A DNA stretch of 63,563 nucleotides, counting the filler, from Rhabdomonas costata (taxonomy: Eukaryota), in the NCBI GenBank assembly GCA_019059605.1. It is 25 parts of 25 records of this genome, joined end to end, with 100 filler letters (N's around TTAATTAATTAA, not from the genome) between each part and the next. Parts side by side here need not be neighbours in the genome. Positions count along the whole stretch, not along the records: positions 48,389 to 50,834 come from JAHMHO010003379.1; positions 50,935 to 53,379 come from JAHMHO010003380.1; positions 53,480 to 55,925 come from JAHMHO010003381.1; positions 56,026 to 58,470 come from JAHMHO010003382.1; positions 58,571 to 61,018 come from JAHMHO010003383.1; positions 61,119 to 63,563 come from JAHMHO010003384.1; 19 more parts are not named here. The stretch is one strand, 5' to 3'. The notes under the pieces were generated by a model. That model had not been told where the DNA came from. It was given only the letters and a program-made list of their open reading frames with translations, and searched no databases. A program made the position numbers and the translations under genes. Shown here piece after piece: positions 49,618 to 63,104 of the stretch. The first letter of the stretch is position 1. Every line of letters begins with the position of its first letter.

Positions 49618-50989
49618 AAAGACAGTGGAATAGAAGACCAGAAGAGCAAGGGCATAGTGTGAAAGCCAAGCCGGAACACTGCAGAAGAATGAAAACAGCC
49701 AGCCAGCATTGGAAAAGAGATCAAGAGCAGATAAGATAAAAGAAGAGAGGCGCTCAAGTTGAAGAGGAAAGCCTCGGGCAATCAGTGGCCAAACGTACGG
49801 CGTGGCCACTCGAAATGCGAAGATGAAAGATTGGGTGGTTAAAAATCCAATCCTTGATGGGTACGCGCCTCTTGTTTTTGCGTATTTGATACCTTATCCT
49901 CCGTTTAACAACGAGAAGATGTAGAATTAAAAACGTCGGTGTTCGTCAACGCTCATGTAGAAATGTTGCCCGAAATCCTATATACGTCGTCGCATGTAAA
50001 CGTAGGTTTTTGTGGTACCCTTCGGTTGTGAATTAAAAGCTAATTGCCCATTTCAAAGACCCTCCGGGAGTCGGGATAAAGTGAAGCTGCAAGTAAAGTG
50101 AAGCGTTCTCACTTTGCATGTGCGTTGGTGCCGTTTATCCTTGCTTGCCCTGTTTTTTGGTGGACAGGGCATGGGTGGACGGACCCACGTCAAAGCCGAA
50201 ACCTTAAAATAATACGTGTTTGAAACTAGCAGTAAGCATTATTCACAGCAACATTGCCCATTTTCGTACTGCCAAAGAACCCCGCGCACAGCAACAGCAA
50301 GCGCGGAGCCGGAGATCCCGCCGCCACACACGCCCAAGCCTGAAAAACAACACGCGGAGGTGACAGACACCATAGCACGAATATTGACAGTTTCAGCCTC
50401 ATCGTGGGAATTTCCACCCAGGTGAACCGCGGCAGCGCCAACTTAGTGAAAACTAAGTTGGAATACATGCTTTCAGAAGCGGACCGCAGAGCCGCAACCA
50501 ACCAAAGAGGTAGGAGCCACGTTTTGGCCTAGCTGCCGGAATCGGAATCCTGGAATCGCACCTCGCGTTACATAGGTTATATAAGCCCTACTTAACTTAG
50601 GCCGTAACGTCCCGAACGGAAGTCTTTTTCTGCTTTTGTGCCGCGGGGCTTGGCGAGAATCAATATTACAAGTTTTAAACTCTCATTCACGGTGTGCGTT
50701 ATTGCGTTATTGCGTTATTCCGGAAAGGTTTTGCTTCCTGGCACCCCACCCCCTTGTTTGGAGAATGGTCCCGTAAAATCTGAACAAGGGGGTGGGGTGC
50801 CAGGAAGCAAAACCTTTCCGGAATAACCCAACAANNNNNNNNNNNNNNNNNNNNNNNNNNNNNNNNNNNNNNNNNNNNTTAATTAATTAANNNNNNNNNN
50901 NNNNNNNNNNNNNNNNNNNNNNNNNNNNNNNNNNTTTGTGTGTGCTGTGGGGGCGCCCCAGTTTCTGTATGGGTTTGTCTGTGCCAAGT

Positions 50990-52985
50990 CAGCGGTTTTC
51001 TCTTACACGCAGCTGTACGGGTGCTTCTGTAGCGGGGGCGGCGCCGTGGAGTGGGTCGATGGGGTGCTGGGCCGGCTGCTGCGCAGCTGCGCGGTGGACC
51101 CTTCGGGGTGCCGGAAGTGGGTAGTGCTGGATGGCCCCGTGGAGCCGCAGTGGTATAACCCTTTCTTCGCATCCGAGGATGCTAGTGTCACCGTTTTTTT
51201 GGTTGTGAAGACAGGGATGCTGGACGATTGGCCCTCTGCGTTTTGCACGTTTTGACCTCAGTGGCACCGCTGAGTTGTGGTTCTGGGGCAGACAGAAAGC
51301 CTGCCCTCTTGCCAGTTGCTCACCCCACGACGTTCGCGCCGTTTTTGGGGTGATAATATAGCACCTATAAATTTCTTCCTTCCCTCTAAATACCCAGGTG
51401 GTTTTCCTTCTGTGTGCAGGACGGACCCGCTTTGTGGTGGTCTGGGCTTCACCCGCACGCTCTGCCTTGGAAATGGTGAGCTGATCTCAATGCCGCAGGG
51501 CACCGCGTTGATCCTGGAAACCACGAGCCTTGCCACGGCCTCCCCAGCTGTCCTTTGCAGGTTTCGCGGCGCTTGCTGAAACCTGTTTACTTTCCTATCA
51601 TCAATCCTCCCGATCAAGCGTATATCATCCACGTTGGGCTGCTCATTTTCGAATTGCTTCCGAATTTCTGAATCTTTCTCTGTGAGGACTTAGTCTGCGA
51701 TTCGAAATGAGGGGCGTGCACCTGTTTGTGCTTCTGCCCGTTGGTTGGGCTTGGAGGAGAGGGAGAGGAAGGTGACCCGAGATGGAGATGGCGTGCATGT
51801 GTGTGTGTGTGTTTGTTCAGAGATGCGGTGGTGTATGCACAAGAAGCAACTAACCTGATATTTTTCACCAGGCAGCGACTTTTGCTGTCCTAAATCCTGT
51901 GCTTGTCCAAATCCTTTCCCTCTCACGGGCAATGTTGTTTGACCAGCCCCCGAAAGGGCTGTGTCATGTGCGTGTGTGCATCTTTGCTTATGACGTTTCA
52001 GAGTTGCCGTGGTGTATGTGGAGCCGTACTGGGGCGGAGGCGGTGGGGCCGCGGCATGGCGGGAGCAAGTCCTGGCATGGGTAGGGGCCCTGCCGCAGCC
52101 ATGGCTCGACCGGTACCCCGGGGCGGGAGACAGGCTGCTGGCCACGCTGGAGATCCTGGTAGGCTCCGCCGTGGAGTGGCTGACCGGGTCCTCGGGCTGT
52201 GGCATGGCGAGCCTTAGAAATGGGCTCGGGCTGCACTCCACCATCGCGGCAATGGTGTGCTTGTGTGCGTGTTGCTTCCTGCCGCGCGCTCTGATACCCT
52301 GTCACCCCGCAGCACCTTCACAAGTATTTCCCGTCCACGTGCAGAGCTCCCTCTTTGCCTGTTTTTCGCTGAATGCAGATCCCCAGATTGTGACACTCTG
52401 GGATTCATTTACACACAAACAAGCATCACGCAGTCATCGTGTAGCGAAACGTCCAATTCCACTAAACACAACTACTCGTCTTCGTTCCATGTCTGTGCAC
52501 GTGTTTTTTTTTTGCTGACAACATCCTGCAAAGAGTAGGAAAGGTAGGAAAGGTAGGAAAGAGAGGGTTAATGCAAACACAGAGAATATTTTTGATTTCC
52601 TTTCGTAATCGCCAGTTTATGTTTACAGTCCCCTGGAAGGGGTGGTGATTGCGTTGTTTGCGGGGGATCCAGCTTCGGCTTTTGGGAGCTTTACTGCTTC
52701 CAACGGAGAAGGCCTGGGGGAACCCCCCACTTGGCACCAATCCTGGTGAGCACCTCCAAGCCCAGTCGACCCCCACCTCCGTAACTGTAGCTGTGGGGTC
52801 TCCGGCAGCTGCGCCCGCTCGAGGGTTAAGCTTCGTCCCGGATTCCTCCCTAAGGACCTCGCAGGCGGGCGGAGGGCCGCGCACGCTGACGGGCGCCGAG
52901 GAGGCCAAGCTGAGGCGGTGCATCGAGGGCTACTCTTTGGTCGCGCTGATGTGGACTCTGGGTGCGGCACTGGAGAGCCCTCAGG
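50990..52985 (+). CDS. Highly divergent dynein heavy chain-like protein, AAA2 and lid region (partial)
   Basis: QLYG..EWVDGVLGRLLR..KWVVLDGPVEPQW|..TLCLGNGELI..LILETTSLATASPAVLCR|VAVVYVE..ALMWTLGA, with GT-AG junctions in phase. Confidence 0.85.
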
Positions 52986-53479
52986 TTGTCTTTGCCTTAC
53001 TCTCATTGTATGGAAATGCTGCTGGTGTAGGTATGTGTGCCCTAGCCAAGTGCACAAAGTGTGCGCGTGCGTGCGCGCGAGCGTGCGTGATACGATCACG
53101 CAGACCCGAGTCATCACTGCTGAGCGGTGGGTGAATTTTGAGAGACACTTCATTCCTGAGGGGGTACCGGTGACGGTCGAACGAAGTCCGCGTATGCTGA
53201 GTCGCGTGCCTTGAGGGGGGCAGTCGACTTGCCTTATGTTTGGTGAAGCCAGCTCACTCCGCTCTCGTACAAGAGATGCGTCGGACCTGAGTTTCCTCAT
53301 TTAATCTCTTTCTTTCTGTTAATCCGTTGTTCTCTGCTATATACATGACTCTCCTGACACACTGGACGATTTCCAAACCNNNNNNNNNNNNNNNNNNNNN
53401 NNNNNNNNNNNNNNNNNNNNNNNTTAATTAATTAANNNNNNNNNNNNNNNNNNNNNNNNNNNNNNNNNNNNNNNNNNNN

Positions 53480-55806
53480 GTGTGTGGGTCGCTTCTTTGG
53501 TGGTCCCTGCGGAGGACCTCGGGCCCTGGATTGCGCGGAGGGGCCTGCGGCTGGGCCACGCCCTGGTCGACGCGGGGCGGGCGGTACGGCCTCTGAGGCA
53601 GTTCGTGCGGGCAAGTGCTTTCGGCGATGACCGGGAAGCGAGCGGCCCCCCAGTCTCCGTGGCTATGGCCGCTGCCGTGGCCACGCGGTGGCTTCGGGGA
53701 AACCATCCTGTGAAGGACAACTCCACGGCGGTGGCTGCCGTGCAGGCCGGTACCCGTGGAAAGAGCAGGGTACTCACCCTTCCTCCCAACTCGACCTCTT
53801 TTTTGTACTCCACTGACTGCTTGCGCCGCTGTGTTCGAAAGGAGTATGCCGTTGCCCTAGAGCCCAGCCTCTGCCTGGAACTGAAAGAGTGCTAAGAGAT
53901 GTGTGGCTTGTCCTCCGGGGGGACGTCATATTCTGACCCTGCAGGTTTTTGGTTGGGTGCCACTCACCGTTTTGACCCTGCGTGCTACGTACAGGGTCCT
54001 TCGTTGGGCAGTGGGCTGACATCCCGGATGCTGTGGGAGTTCCCCCCGAGCTGCGCCGCGGCTATCACGGCTTGGCAGCAGGAGCAGCAGCAGGTGGGCT
54101 TTTGTGTGCCAAGAAGGGCGGGGCAGAGTGCAAGCTTAATTTTCGGTTTGCTCTCGTTGCTTTTGATTCATGCGAATTGAGCCAGACTCTGTTTCTGATG
54201 TCCTGTGCTTACCGTTGGAGATTGTGCTCCTGTTGCTCTGTTTAGTATTAACTCCTATCTCACCACACTCAACCTTTACCCTTCGCTTAATACGGCCTCG
54301 TGGCATCGCGTGGCATCGTGCCGTATGCACTATCCTGCCCCTTGGGCCCTCTGCTCACCCATACAGACTCTCATGCCTTGCCTGATTTCAATTATTTAGG
54401 CACACCCCAACTCTGCGCTGCACCCCTCGCTGCCCGAGGCCTCAGCCTGTGTTGTGGTGCTGAAGCGGCGGTGGGTGCTTCACATTGCCCTGCTGGCCAG
54501 CACGGCTGGGATGCTGCTATCCTTTTGCCTGGCTTGGCGCCACCGCCCCCGCTAATAAAAGGGAACCATTCATGTCAGTGTCTGCATCGACGGGCCGTCG
54601 CTCTGAGTGCAGTGTAACACAGGCCGGGCCTGCACGGCGTTGGGATCGCAAAAGGCTGTTGCGGAGGATCCCTTTTGTGGCGAGGGGGCCACTCCCCTAA
54701 TGTGGGGAAGAAAGCCTGAAGAGAGCACATCTGTGAGCTGGACTGACCATAGCAGAGGCGATGACTGACTCCCAAGAGCCTAGCGTACGACTGCGCTGAA
54801 ACCTGGCTCGATCGGTCTGTGTGAAGATCTGCTGTACGGAAGACTCAGTGAACCAGAGCCTACTGGGCTGCTGCCTTCCTTGTCCTTTGTGTGATCAGAG
54901 CGAAGAGAATTGGGCAGCTACTGTGTTTGGACTCAGTGTCAAAGCGCGCTGATCGTGGTGGAGCGTTTGATCGCTGTGACTTTGGCCTGGGTCCAGGTGG
55001 GTTTCTGGCAAACGAGCGGTCAGAGTAAAGGTGGATTCGGGGCCGTTAGCGCGGGTACCAGTCACCTTGGTTGTTTGGTTGTTGCGCTTACCACTGTTTG
55101 GCTTTTTTGTGTTCTCTGTCGCAAGCTAAATATTTCCGTTTATTCTTCTATTCTGGTCGCAACTTGATCAGAGAGTGTGAGAAAGACAGGCAATACCAAA
55201 GAAAGAAAGCTAGGTATGGCCTCCACGTTTCACGATTAGCCTCAGAAATTGGAGCAGGGAGCCCCACTGGGGGTGTGAGGGAAATGGATGCGCTGCTGTC
55301 TCAGTTCAGCTGCTTGGACTCGGAACGCCCCAGCTTTGTGGAGCTGTATGCGCTGCACCTGCTGGGCAGCTCCACTGGAGACGCCCTGGAGTACCTCTTG
55401 CAAGTACCACCCCTTCCCCAACCGCACCCCACAACACAGGCGCACTCAATACGTGAGTGCAACTGAATTCCTGCACTTCAAGTAACTCTTCTTTCTCAGA
55501 CGTAGAACCCACACCTCGCTCGAGGTTTCCGTTTTGCGTCCATCACCTCCCTTTGGGGGTGCGAGTCCGGGTCACCTCAGGCAAAGGTTTATCCGTGCAT
55601 CCGGGCTGCGTGTGAACGTCCTAAATCACCCCTCCCCCTTCACGATTTCTGTGCCTTTCTGCCACGATCACTAACTCAACGTCCTTGGCAACCAAAGGTA
55701 CTCGGGACACACCTGTCGCCCTCTTTGGCGCCGTTGAGCCGGCACTCCAGTGGCCTGTCGGCGGCGCTGTGGGCAATCCTGGAGGCCGCTTTCCTGGGCA
55801 CCTTTG
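53480..55806 (+). CDS. Hypothetical multi-exon protein
   Basis: Several GC-rich open blocks bounded by cag| and |gt (e.g. about 53993-54093 and 55225-55403). No domain recognised. Confidence 0.45.
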
Positions 55807-56169
55807 GTGATTTCGCTGCTGTACTTTTATTTTGTGTCATTGTCATTAAGAGCATATTCAGCTCAAGCAACTGCTCAAAAATTGTCCCCACTGGAGAATG
55901 GTAAGCAGGGTACCCAACCACAACANNNNNNNNNNNNNNNNNNNNNNNNNNNNNNNNNNNNNNNNNNNNTTAATTAATTAANNNNNNNNNNNNNNNNNNN
56001 NNNNNNNNNNNNNNNNNNNNNNNNNGGGGGGTGGTGGGGATACATTCTGCCGGAGAGACCAAAGGATGTGCTGCATTTGACCTTTTCTCAGGTGCAGATC
56101 GGACATGCACCCATCAACCCATTTCTTGGAATTTGGAAGGACGGAAGGGTGAGTGGTGGAACAGCCGAC

Positions 56170-57480
56170 CTCCACAATTGCCTTCGCCAAGGTATGGGCA
56201 GAAGTCGGGAAGAAGCCCGCGCCAAGCTGCTTGTACAGCACGTGGCGCTCCTCCATCATCACCGGGACAAGGGACATACCACCCAGGGACAGGAAGAACA
56301 GGGAGTTGAACATCACACTGTAGCGAATCTGTGGTCCCAGAAGCGAACGGCGTGGAGGTGTAAAGACTCTGGTAAACAAGACCCTTCGGCTCAAGACACC
56401 GCTCGCTCGAACTGTCACTCGGTTAACAACTCGGGTAAAGCTGTCACTGCAGCGGTTGTGGCAGATCGTACTTTGCTGAGCCGCCCGCCACCGTGGATGT
56501 GCGTGGCTTGGAGGGGAGCTTTGAATTGAAGACCACACCTTTGGCGCAATCGTCGATTAGTTTCAGCACCCAGAGGGAGCCGATAGCAACACCACGTTTC
56601 CTCGATTCCAGCACAATTTTTGTAACGGCTGCGCTTGGTGCATTCGCTTGTCACATTTTTGAAAAGGCAGCACTGTGTGTCTTGTACCATTCCTGTGTGA
56701 GGCCCGGGAACAGAAACCGACCGCACGTGTCGCTTTGTTACACTGCTGTCATGCGCAGGGTTTGTTTCTCCTGTCGAAGTCTCCTTTCGCTCCCTGGTTC
56801 GGCTCGCGCTCGCGCTTTAGTGATTCGAAATAACAACCACTACAGAAAAAGGAAGCCTGAAGACCTCCCAGGCTTGGAACCTCGAAGGGGCTGCGTGCTA
56901 ATTGAGGCCCCGGGGCCCGCCTCGCTATTGCTATGGGTACTAACCTGAATTTTCTTCTTTGACTTAGGGACAGTTGCGTCTTGAGTCTGTGTCTGGAGAG
57001 TTTCAGGGATTCGGGTGCACAGCTTCCATGCACGAATTGTTACCTTCCACTGCAACATTTAATGAACAACACCGTTGGTCACGTCCCTGTGCATTGTGAT
57101 ATCGCTGCCCTCGCTAATATAAAGTTCTGCCAAAGTTTTGCCAAACACAGACGGCCAAGCCTCCGCGCACACCTAGACACGAAGCACACCATTGTTCAGC
57201 ATCTAGTGTCCGGCGTAAAGAGGCTGCGGTTTGTGTGTGTGTGTGTGTCTGAATGAGGCTTTTTTAGCAGGCAGTCCTTCATCTGATCACATCTAAACGA
57301 TGATTACGGCGGGAGGCAGGAGGCGCAGAGGGACCTGGAACTGGTCCAGTCCAATCTTGAAGAACAGCGTGCCACAAAGCAGCGCCATTAACACGGCCTG
57401 GGCTGCCCTCGCGTGAAGGAAGGCCCGGTTGCGCAGCACAAGCTTCACCTCCCGAACCAGCACAAGCCAAACGCTGTGCA
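56170..57480 (-). CDS. ABCG/PDR-type transporter, ABC-2 membrane domain exons
   Basis: LVLVREVKLVLRNRAFLHARAAQAVLMALLCGTLFF..|IRYSVMFNSLFFLSLGGM..EERHVLYKQLGAGFF..AHTLAKAIVE. Confidence 0.9.
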
Positions 57481-58875
57481 CTGCAGAAAGATAAACCCTG
57501 CACGTGCACCTTCACACTGTATAAGCCATCCGAAAGCGACTGTCTTCAACTATTGGATTCCGAGCTTGTCTGCTATCGCACGCTGTTGATGTGGAGTAAC
57601 GGAAATCGGAAGTTGCGCTCTCTGCCAAGCGTCTTAGCTCTAACGAGTGCTGTTCCAGCTCTTAGGTCTTCAGCTTTGAAGAGGAAACGCGAAAAGTAGC
57701 AAATGTAAGATTGGAGGTGAAACGGGCAGCAGATAAACGATGGAGAAGAGGGGGGTTGGCGGAGGTATCCTTTCTACCCCAATCGATTCAGACTGACTCG
57801 AGGAGAAACTCTAAAAAAACATTTTCAGCGTTAACTTTCCAATCGACAAGCGTTAACTTTCCAATCAGCATAGGCTCTTCCAGAGCTTGTCTGAAGCCCG
57901 TTTCCACACAAGCACGCGAAAGCAAAAACCGAAGGACGAGATGATACTAGATAAACTCCTTGAGGTTACAAGTGAGTGATGACACCCACTTCCCGCTCAC
58001 ATTGGGGAGCATCGTTTACTACATCAGTGCAACATTCGACCGACATGTTGCTCCACCAAAAGTTCTTCAGGGGGAAGAGACAAAGTCCACCACTCGTGCC
58101 AAGGGTTGCTTTCGCACGTCCCGTTCAGCAACAAAAAGACACAACCCAAGTGATCAGCACTCAAAGCCCCTGGGCTCAGAGCCCAAAGCAAGCGGCGACA
58201 GAACCAGGGCATACCCCAGGGATTAGTGTACTTCACGGTAAAGAATCGGTCCAGGTAGGACGGCTCTTTCTCCTAAACGACAAGGTTGGAGTGAGCAACG
58301 AAAGGGAAAATAGAATTGCGCACAATTCTGCGATGATAATGAAACAAAGAAATGCGGCTGACAAACTGATGATAAAAAGAGTCGGGAAGACAAACCCTGT
58401 GACGGGCACATCCTCCTTTCTACCGGCATCATACTAGCAACGCATTTCCCCAAAAAGCATACAACCACACNNNNNNNNNNNNNNNNNNNNNNNNNNNNNN
58501 NNNNNNNNNNNNNNTTAATTAATTAANNNNNNNNNNNNNNNNNNNNNNNNNNNNNNNNNNNNNNNNNNNNTGTGGGTGGTCGATTGCAAAAGAGAGAGAG
58601 AGAGAGAGAGAATTCTCAGGTCCGTTTCTGTGTGTTCGAGAACCTGTGTATTCTGGAATCTTCGAGGCAAGGGTTTACCACCTCAATGGTACGCGGCATG
58701 GGGAAAAAGACTATTCAGAAAAAGCACCCCCCTGCGGGGAGAAGAGGCATGCCATGCTCTGGACGAGCTCCGAGCGGATCAGCGGGCACGCCGCGCTACC
58801 ACTGCTCTGACAGCTCATGGTAAGCACACGGAGCCGGCAGGAGAAGGGGGGTATCCTCCACCGCGCACTCCGCAC

Positions 58876-59076
58876 CCCCACCACGTTGTCCGAGTGCACG
58901 CGAATGTTGACATTCTCTGCGGCCTCCCACACCAGCTTCAGGAAGTGTTCCTGGGCGGTGCTGTTGTCCACGAAGAACTCTGATCCGCTGTCCGGAAGCC
59001 TCTTCTCCAGTACAAACACCCCGGAGTAGTTCCCCACCTCGAAGCGGTCAAACGCCGCAGCAGGGACCCCGGTCAT
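58876..59076 (-). CDS. Hypothetical protein exon downstream of PFK
   Basis: Coding-like block MTGVPAAAFDRFEVGNYSGVFVLEKRLPDS..EHFLKLVWEAAENVNIRVH. Family not recognised. Confidence 0.45.
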
Positions 59077-59693
59077 CTTCCCTCCACCCACTCAAACCAC
59101 CACCACTCACCCGCCACCAACTCGAACTCACTAGCTCACTCACAGGTACGTACACGCTCAACCGCCGCACGAACAGGAAAACAACCGCAAGTTGGATGCC
59201 CTCCTTCCACAATGCGGTGCAACAAATAATGGCTGAGAAGAGAGAGACTAAGGCACACTGGCACACGCTTGGATCGTTCCTTGGGGACAGAGGGTCCTCA
59301 TAGACTTGGAAAAGGGCTTCGTTTAGGTTCGAAAGAGCACCTTCCTTCCAGCCCGGGGAACCAAAGTGCAGAATGCAGTTCGGAGAGCTTGTTCGGGACA
59401 CCCGATCCTCATTCATTGATACCAAAAGCTACATGCCAGCTTTTCGTCAGAAAAGAAGAAAAGAATGGGGGTCATGGGCTGGGTGGTGTGTGGGGAAAGG
59501 CGACCATCATGTAGTGATGGAACGTTGCCAGAAAGCTCCAAAGGTCGAAAGACACCAAGCAAAGAAAACACAGGTGCCACCTCAGTAAGCTCACACGATA
59601 GCAGAGAGGTTGAGCAAAGCCTTCCCACCTCCCTGGGGTTTAGCAGCGAGCGCATCAGCTTCCCTTCCCCTCCGAGTTGGTGCTGGAGCCCCC

Positions 59694-60794
59694 TCAGTGG
59701 CCGGAGAAGGTCCGGCCCAGGGTCATGGTGAGATTGACTTCGTTGGAGGTCACCGGGTCCATGGCGTAGCCCGGGTAGGCGTCGGAGGTGGACCAGGCCT
59801 TCTTGAACGAGTGCCAATGCCGCATCACGGGTCCTGCCAAGTGCAGGAGACCCACCCAAGTCATCCAAGACTCAGCACACCAATGTCACAACACAGTGAC
59901 CTACATTTCAATCCGTATGGTCCTTCAGTCCCCCGCGGGACTATGCGACTTCACTGGCAATCTGCAAACCAAAGCAAATTCACTCAGGTGCACGACTTCC
60001 CCAGTCACCGTCCCTGCTAATTGCAGAACATATGCAGTTGCAATGGAAAACCACACCTCCAGAGCAGGTTTCAGGCACAAATTCTCTTCCCCAGCCACGC
60101 ACCCACGCACCCACACACCGTCCAGCTCGACCCGTTTCCTGGTCACCACGGGCACCATCTGCCCCTTCCGCTGCTCACACCGCAGCAGGGAGATCAGCGG
60201 CACCCCGCGAAGCTCCCTGCGCCACCAAACCAGAAAGGATTTCCAACAATGAATGGAGCCCCCTCCATGACGCAGAACACTCCGGCGGCGGAGACCCATG
60301 GCGGAAACCCATGGCCGGCCACCGCGAAGTGAGAGAGAGCCCCCCCCCCGAGAGGGCACAAGAATGAGAGAGTAGAGAGTGTGGGAGATATCTAAAGAAA
60401 AGCTCACGCTCGGTGGGCGTGAGGAGAGGATGACGTACGTGAGTGGGGCTGAGCAGCGTGAGCCCAAATGGCTGCTGGGTAAGCAAGTCAGCAAGGAGGT
60501 AGGCGGGAAGAATGAAAGAGGAGAGCTTGCGAATCAAAGACGAAGAATCGAAGCAAACCCCACGGGCAAGGGCAGTGCAAGCAAAGTTAAGGCGATATGG
60601 GAGGAAGCAAGGAGAAGGGGGCATGACCGATCAACCCGAGAAGTAGTGACTGTATGCGAATAAACCAGTGGGGGATGATTTGCATTGAAAGAGCAGGGTC
60701 TCTCTCTGTCTAGGCAGGCACCAGGCATCCACGGGCATGGTCAAGTTCTGGATCGCCGCCATTACCCCCGTCTTGCGAGCCTCAATCAGTACAC
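59694..60794 (-). CDS. Pyrophosphate-dependent phosphofructokinase (long-clade PFP-like), C-terminal three exons
   Basis: Exons 60794-60722, 60216-60119 and 59833-59694: GVLIEARKTGVMAAIQNLTMPVDAW|ELRGVPLISLLRCEQRKGQMVPVVTRKRVELDG|PVMRHWHSFKKAWSTSDAYPG..LTMTL..*. This is collinear with the PFP C-terminus. Confidence 0.8.
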
Positions 60795-61152
60795 CTGCAG
60801 TAGGGGTGGTTATGAATGTGCCGGCTCGAAGCCTTTCCACAACCTTTCCATCCCCCCCCCCCCTCATTCGATAATGGAGAGAAGATGTACAAGAGGCATT
60901 GAAGGTTGCAAATCACATGTAGAGGCCGCGAATTATCGCCTTGCAATATCAGCTGCTTCTTGCCACCAAGCACACCAAACCACCAGCACACAAACACTGG
61001 AAGAAGCGACCCAACCCCNNNNNNNNNNNNNNNNNNNNNNNNNNNNNNNNNNNNNNNNNNNNTTAATTAATTAANNNNNNNNNNNNNNNNNNNNNNNNNN
61101 NNNNNNNNNNNNNNNNNNGGTGGGGGGTTTGTCTTCTTACCCCTTTTTCGTC

Positions 61153-63104
61153 TTCTTCGAGGAACTGCTTCTGCTCAAGGTGGACCAGAAGTATGTCCAG
61201 GAGTGCGGTGCAGCAGCGTCGGAGGAGGAGATTGGCGCTGCTGCGGTGTGTGTTTGTGTTTATGGGGTACTTTCTCCTTGCTGTGGTTTCGTGCGTTGCG
61301 GTATTTTGTGTAATGGGCTTATAAATCTGTGTCAATGGAGTTCACAGGTGTTTAAGCTTAATATCAAAGTCCGAGTATTCCAAACTTTCAGGACTAATCC
61401 GTTTTTTCCAACAGGGTTTCAAAGCTGAGTTGATATGGAAGCTGGCCTGAAGAAGGAAATGGCCTGAAGAAGGAAGTGCAGAAGGAATCAAACCCCGTAT
61501 GCTGGACATCACGTAATAAGCATAGGGATATTAGCTGGGTTTGGGCTGCTGGAAAGAGACTGCTTTTGGCGATGAATGAGGCAAGGAATCTGTCTTGGTC
61601 ATTCTTTTTCGCGACCCTGTGTGTTACTCAGCCCTTACTGTGCCGGTTGTTCACGGAATGCGTGCGAAACCTGAACGGGTCCAACCAAATCCGCCAGACG
61701 CACTCCGCTCAGGTGGGCCGGGGAGTCAGGGCCTTTCCCTCGGGCCTCACAGCTGAGGTTGGGGTTTTGTCTCATCACCTTCGGCAGATGGTTGCCTCAG
61801 AGTTAGTTGTCAGCTCGATTGTTTTTTTTATAATTGGTAAGTGCGCGATGTTCTCCATCATGCTCAATGATATGCGGGACAATGCTGCTCGAAGGTAATG
61901 TCACAAAGCAGGTAAAACACTTTTGTCCTTGCCCAAATCAATGTACTCGGAGCGCTGACTGTATTCTGGGAAGACGCTTCATGAGACAGTCAGAGTACGG
62001 GATGCGATGGGTAAGTTGTGCGAGTTTGGGGCCGACAAATGTTGCCGTAAACCGGTGCCGTCCTACACTGTGTGGTGAGTCAAAACCACTTCTTTCCCTC
62101 CCTTCCACCCCTACAACGCAACTCTTCCGTACGGATGTAGCAGCGCCCTTTATTGATGCCACGTATGCTGTCTGTGTCCCTGAACCACCGCACCGCACCT
62201 GTCGAAATATATCTGTTGGTGAAGCAAACCTAACCCGCCCCGCCTTTCGGGCCAGAGGTCACAGTAACACGTGCGCGACGTTGTTGTGTCCTTGTGTTCT
62301 CAGACTATCTCCGCGCTGCTGGTTGCGCTTGTCGACCGCCACTGGCAGTCGGGCCTCGCCCTTTCCGAAGCTGTGCGTGCCGTGGGGCTGGAGAGTGCAG
62401 CTCTGGAACAGGTGCACTCCTGTTCACACGCGCTCCCGGTTTTCTTGTCTCGGGCAGGAGAGGGAAGCAAGTCGTGGTTTCAGCCTTCATAATTTATATG
62501 GTGTTTGGTTTTTCTGGCTCATCCTGACCCTTTTGTGCAGGAGTTCGCCGCTGCGGTTCGGCAGATGCTTCATTCTGATGACGGTTTGCTTGTGCGTTTG
62601 TGTTTGTTTGTGTGTGCCATGTGGTTACCCTTCATACCCAGCTCTGTGTGTGTGTGTGTGTGTGTTTGCGCGCGCGCTCTCCATTGGAAGCTCCCTGGTG
62701 CCGCGGTTTAATGCACCACTGAGGTTTCTGGAGAACCTGCAGCAAGGAGGTGATCCGCACCCCGAGGCAGCGGGACTGGGTTATTCGAAAGCACCGCTGG
62801 AGGAGTGTCTGTTTGTCATTGTGAGTATGGGAGAGCGGTACTTTTTGATGCGGTCAGTGCCTTGTGTATGCAAAACATAACAACCCGGACAGCCTGCGCT
62901 TGCCTTGTGGTGTCATTGCCCGGTCGTTTTCACAACCGGTTAACAGGTCTTCACATGTCCTCATCGTTTTTCTTTTCCGCAGCACCGGCGCGTGTCGCCG
63001 GGCTTCGCCTGGCTCTGGCAGTGGGTGCTTTGGCGCCAAGTCTGCAGCAGAACGACCTGCTGGACATTTTTCTCCGTCACGATCTCTTCGATTGCTTCCC
63101 AGTG
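61153..63104 (+). CDS. ARMH3: ARMH3/C10orf76-like armadillo-helical protein, N-terminal exons
   Basis: EELLLLKVDQKY|..RLFTECVRNL..IRQTHSAQ|TISALL..|EFAAAVRQML..|LRLALAV..SLQQNDLLDIFLRHDLF matches the remembered ARMH3 pattern ELFLLKVN..LF..C...L..IR..NALQTL..ISQNTILEY. All junctions are GT-AG and in phase. Confidence 0.72.

Noticed and set aside
61834..62880. 348-aa Cys-rich ORF
   Set aside because: It spans introns and GT repeats of the ARMH3-like gene and has no domain pattern.
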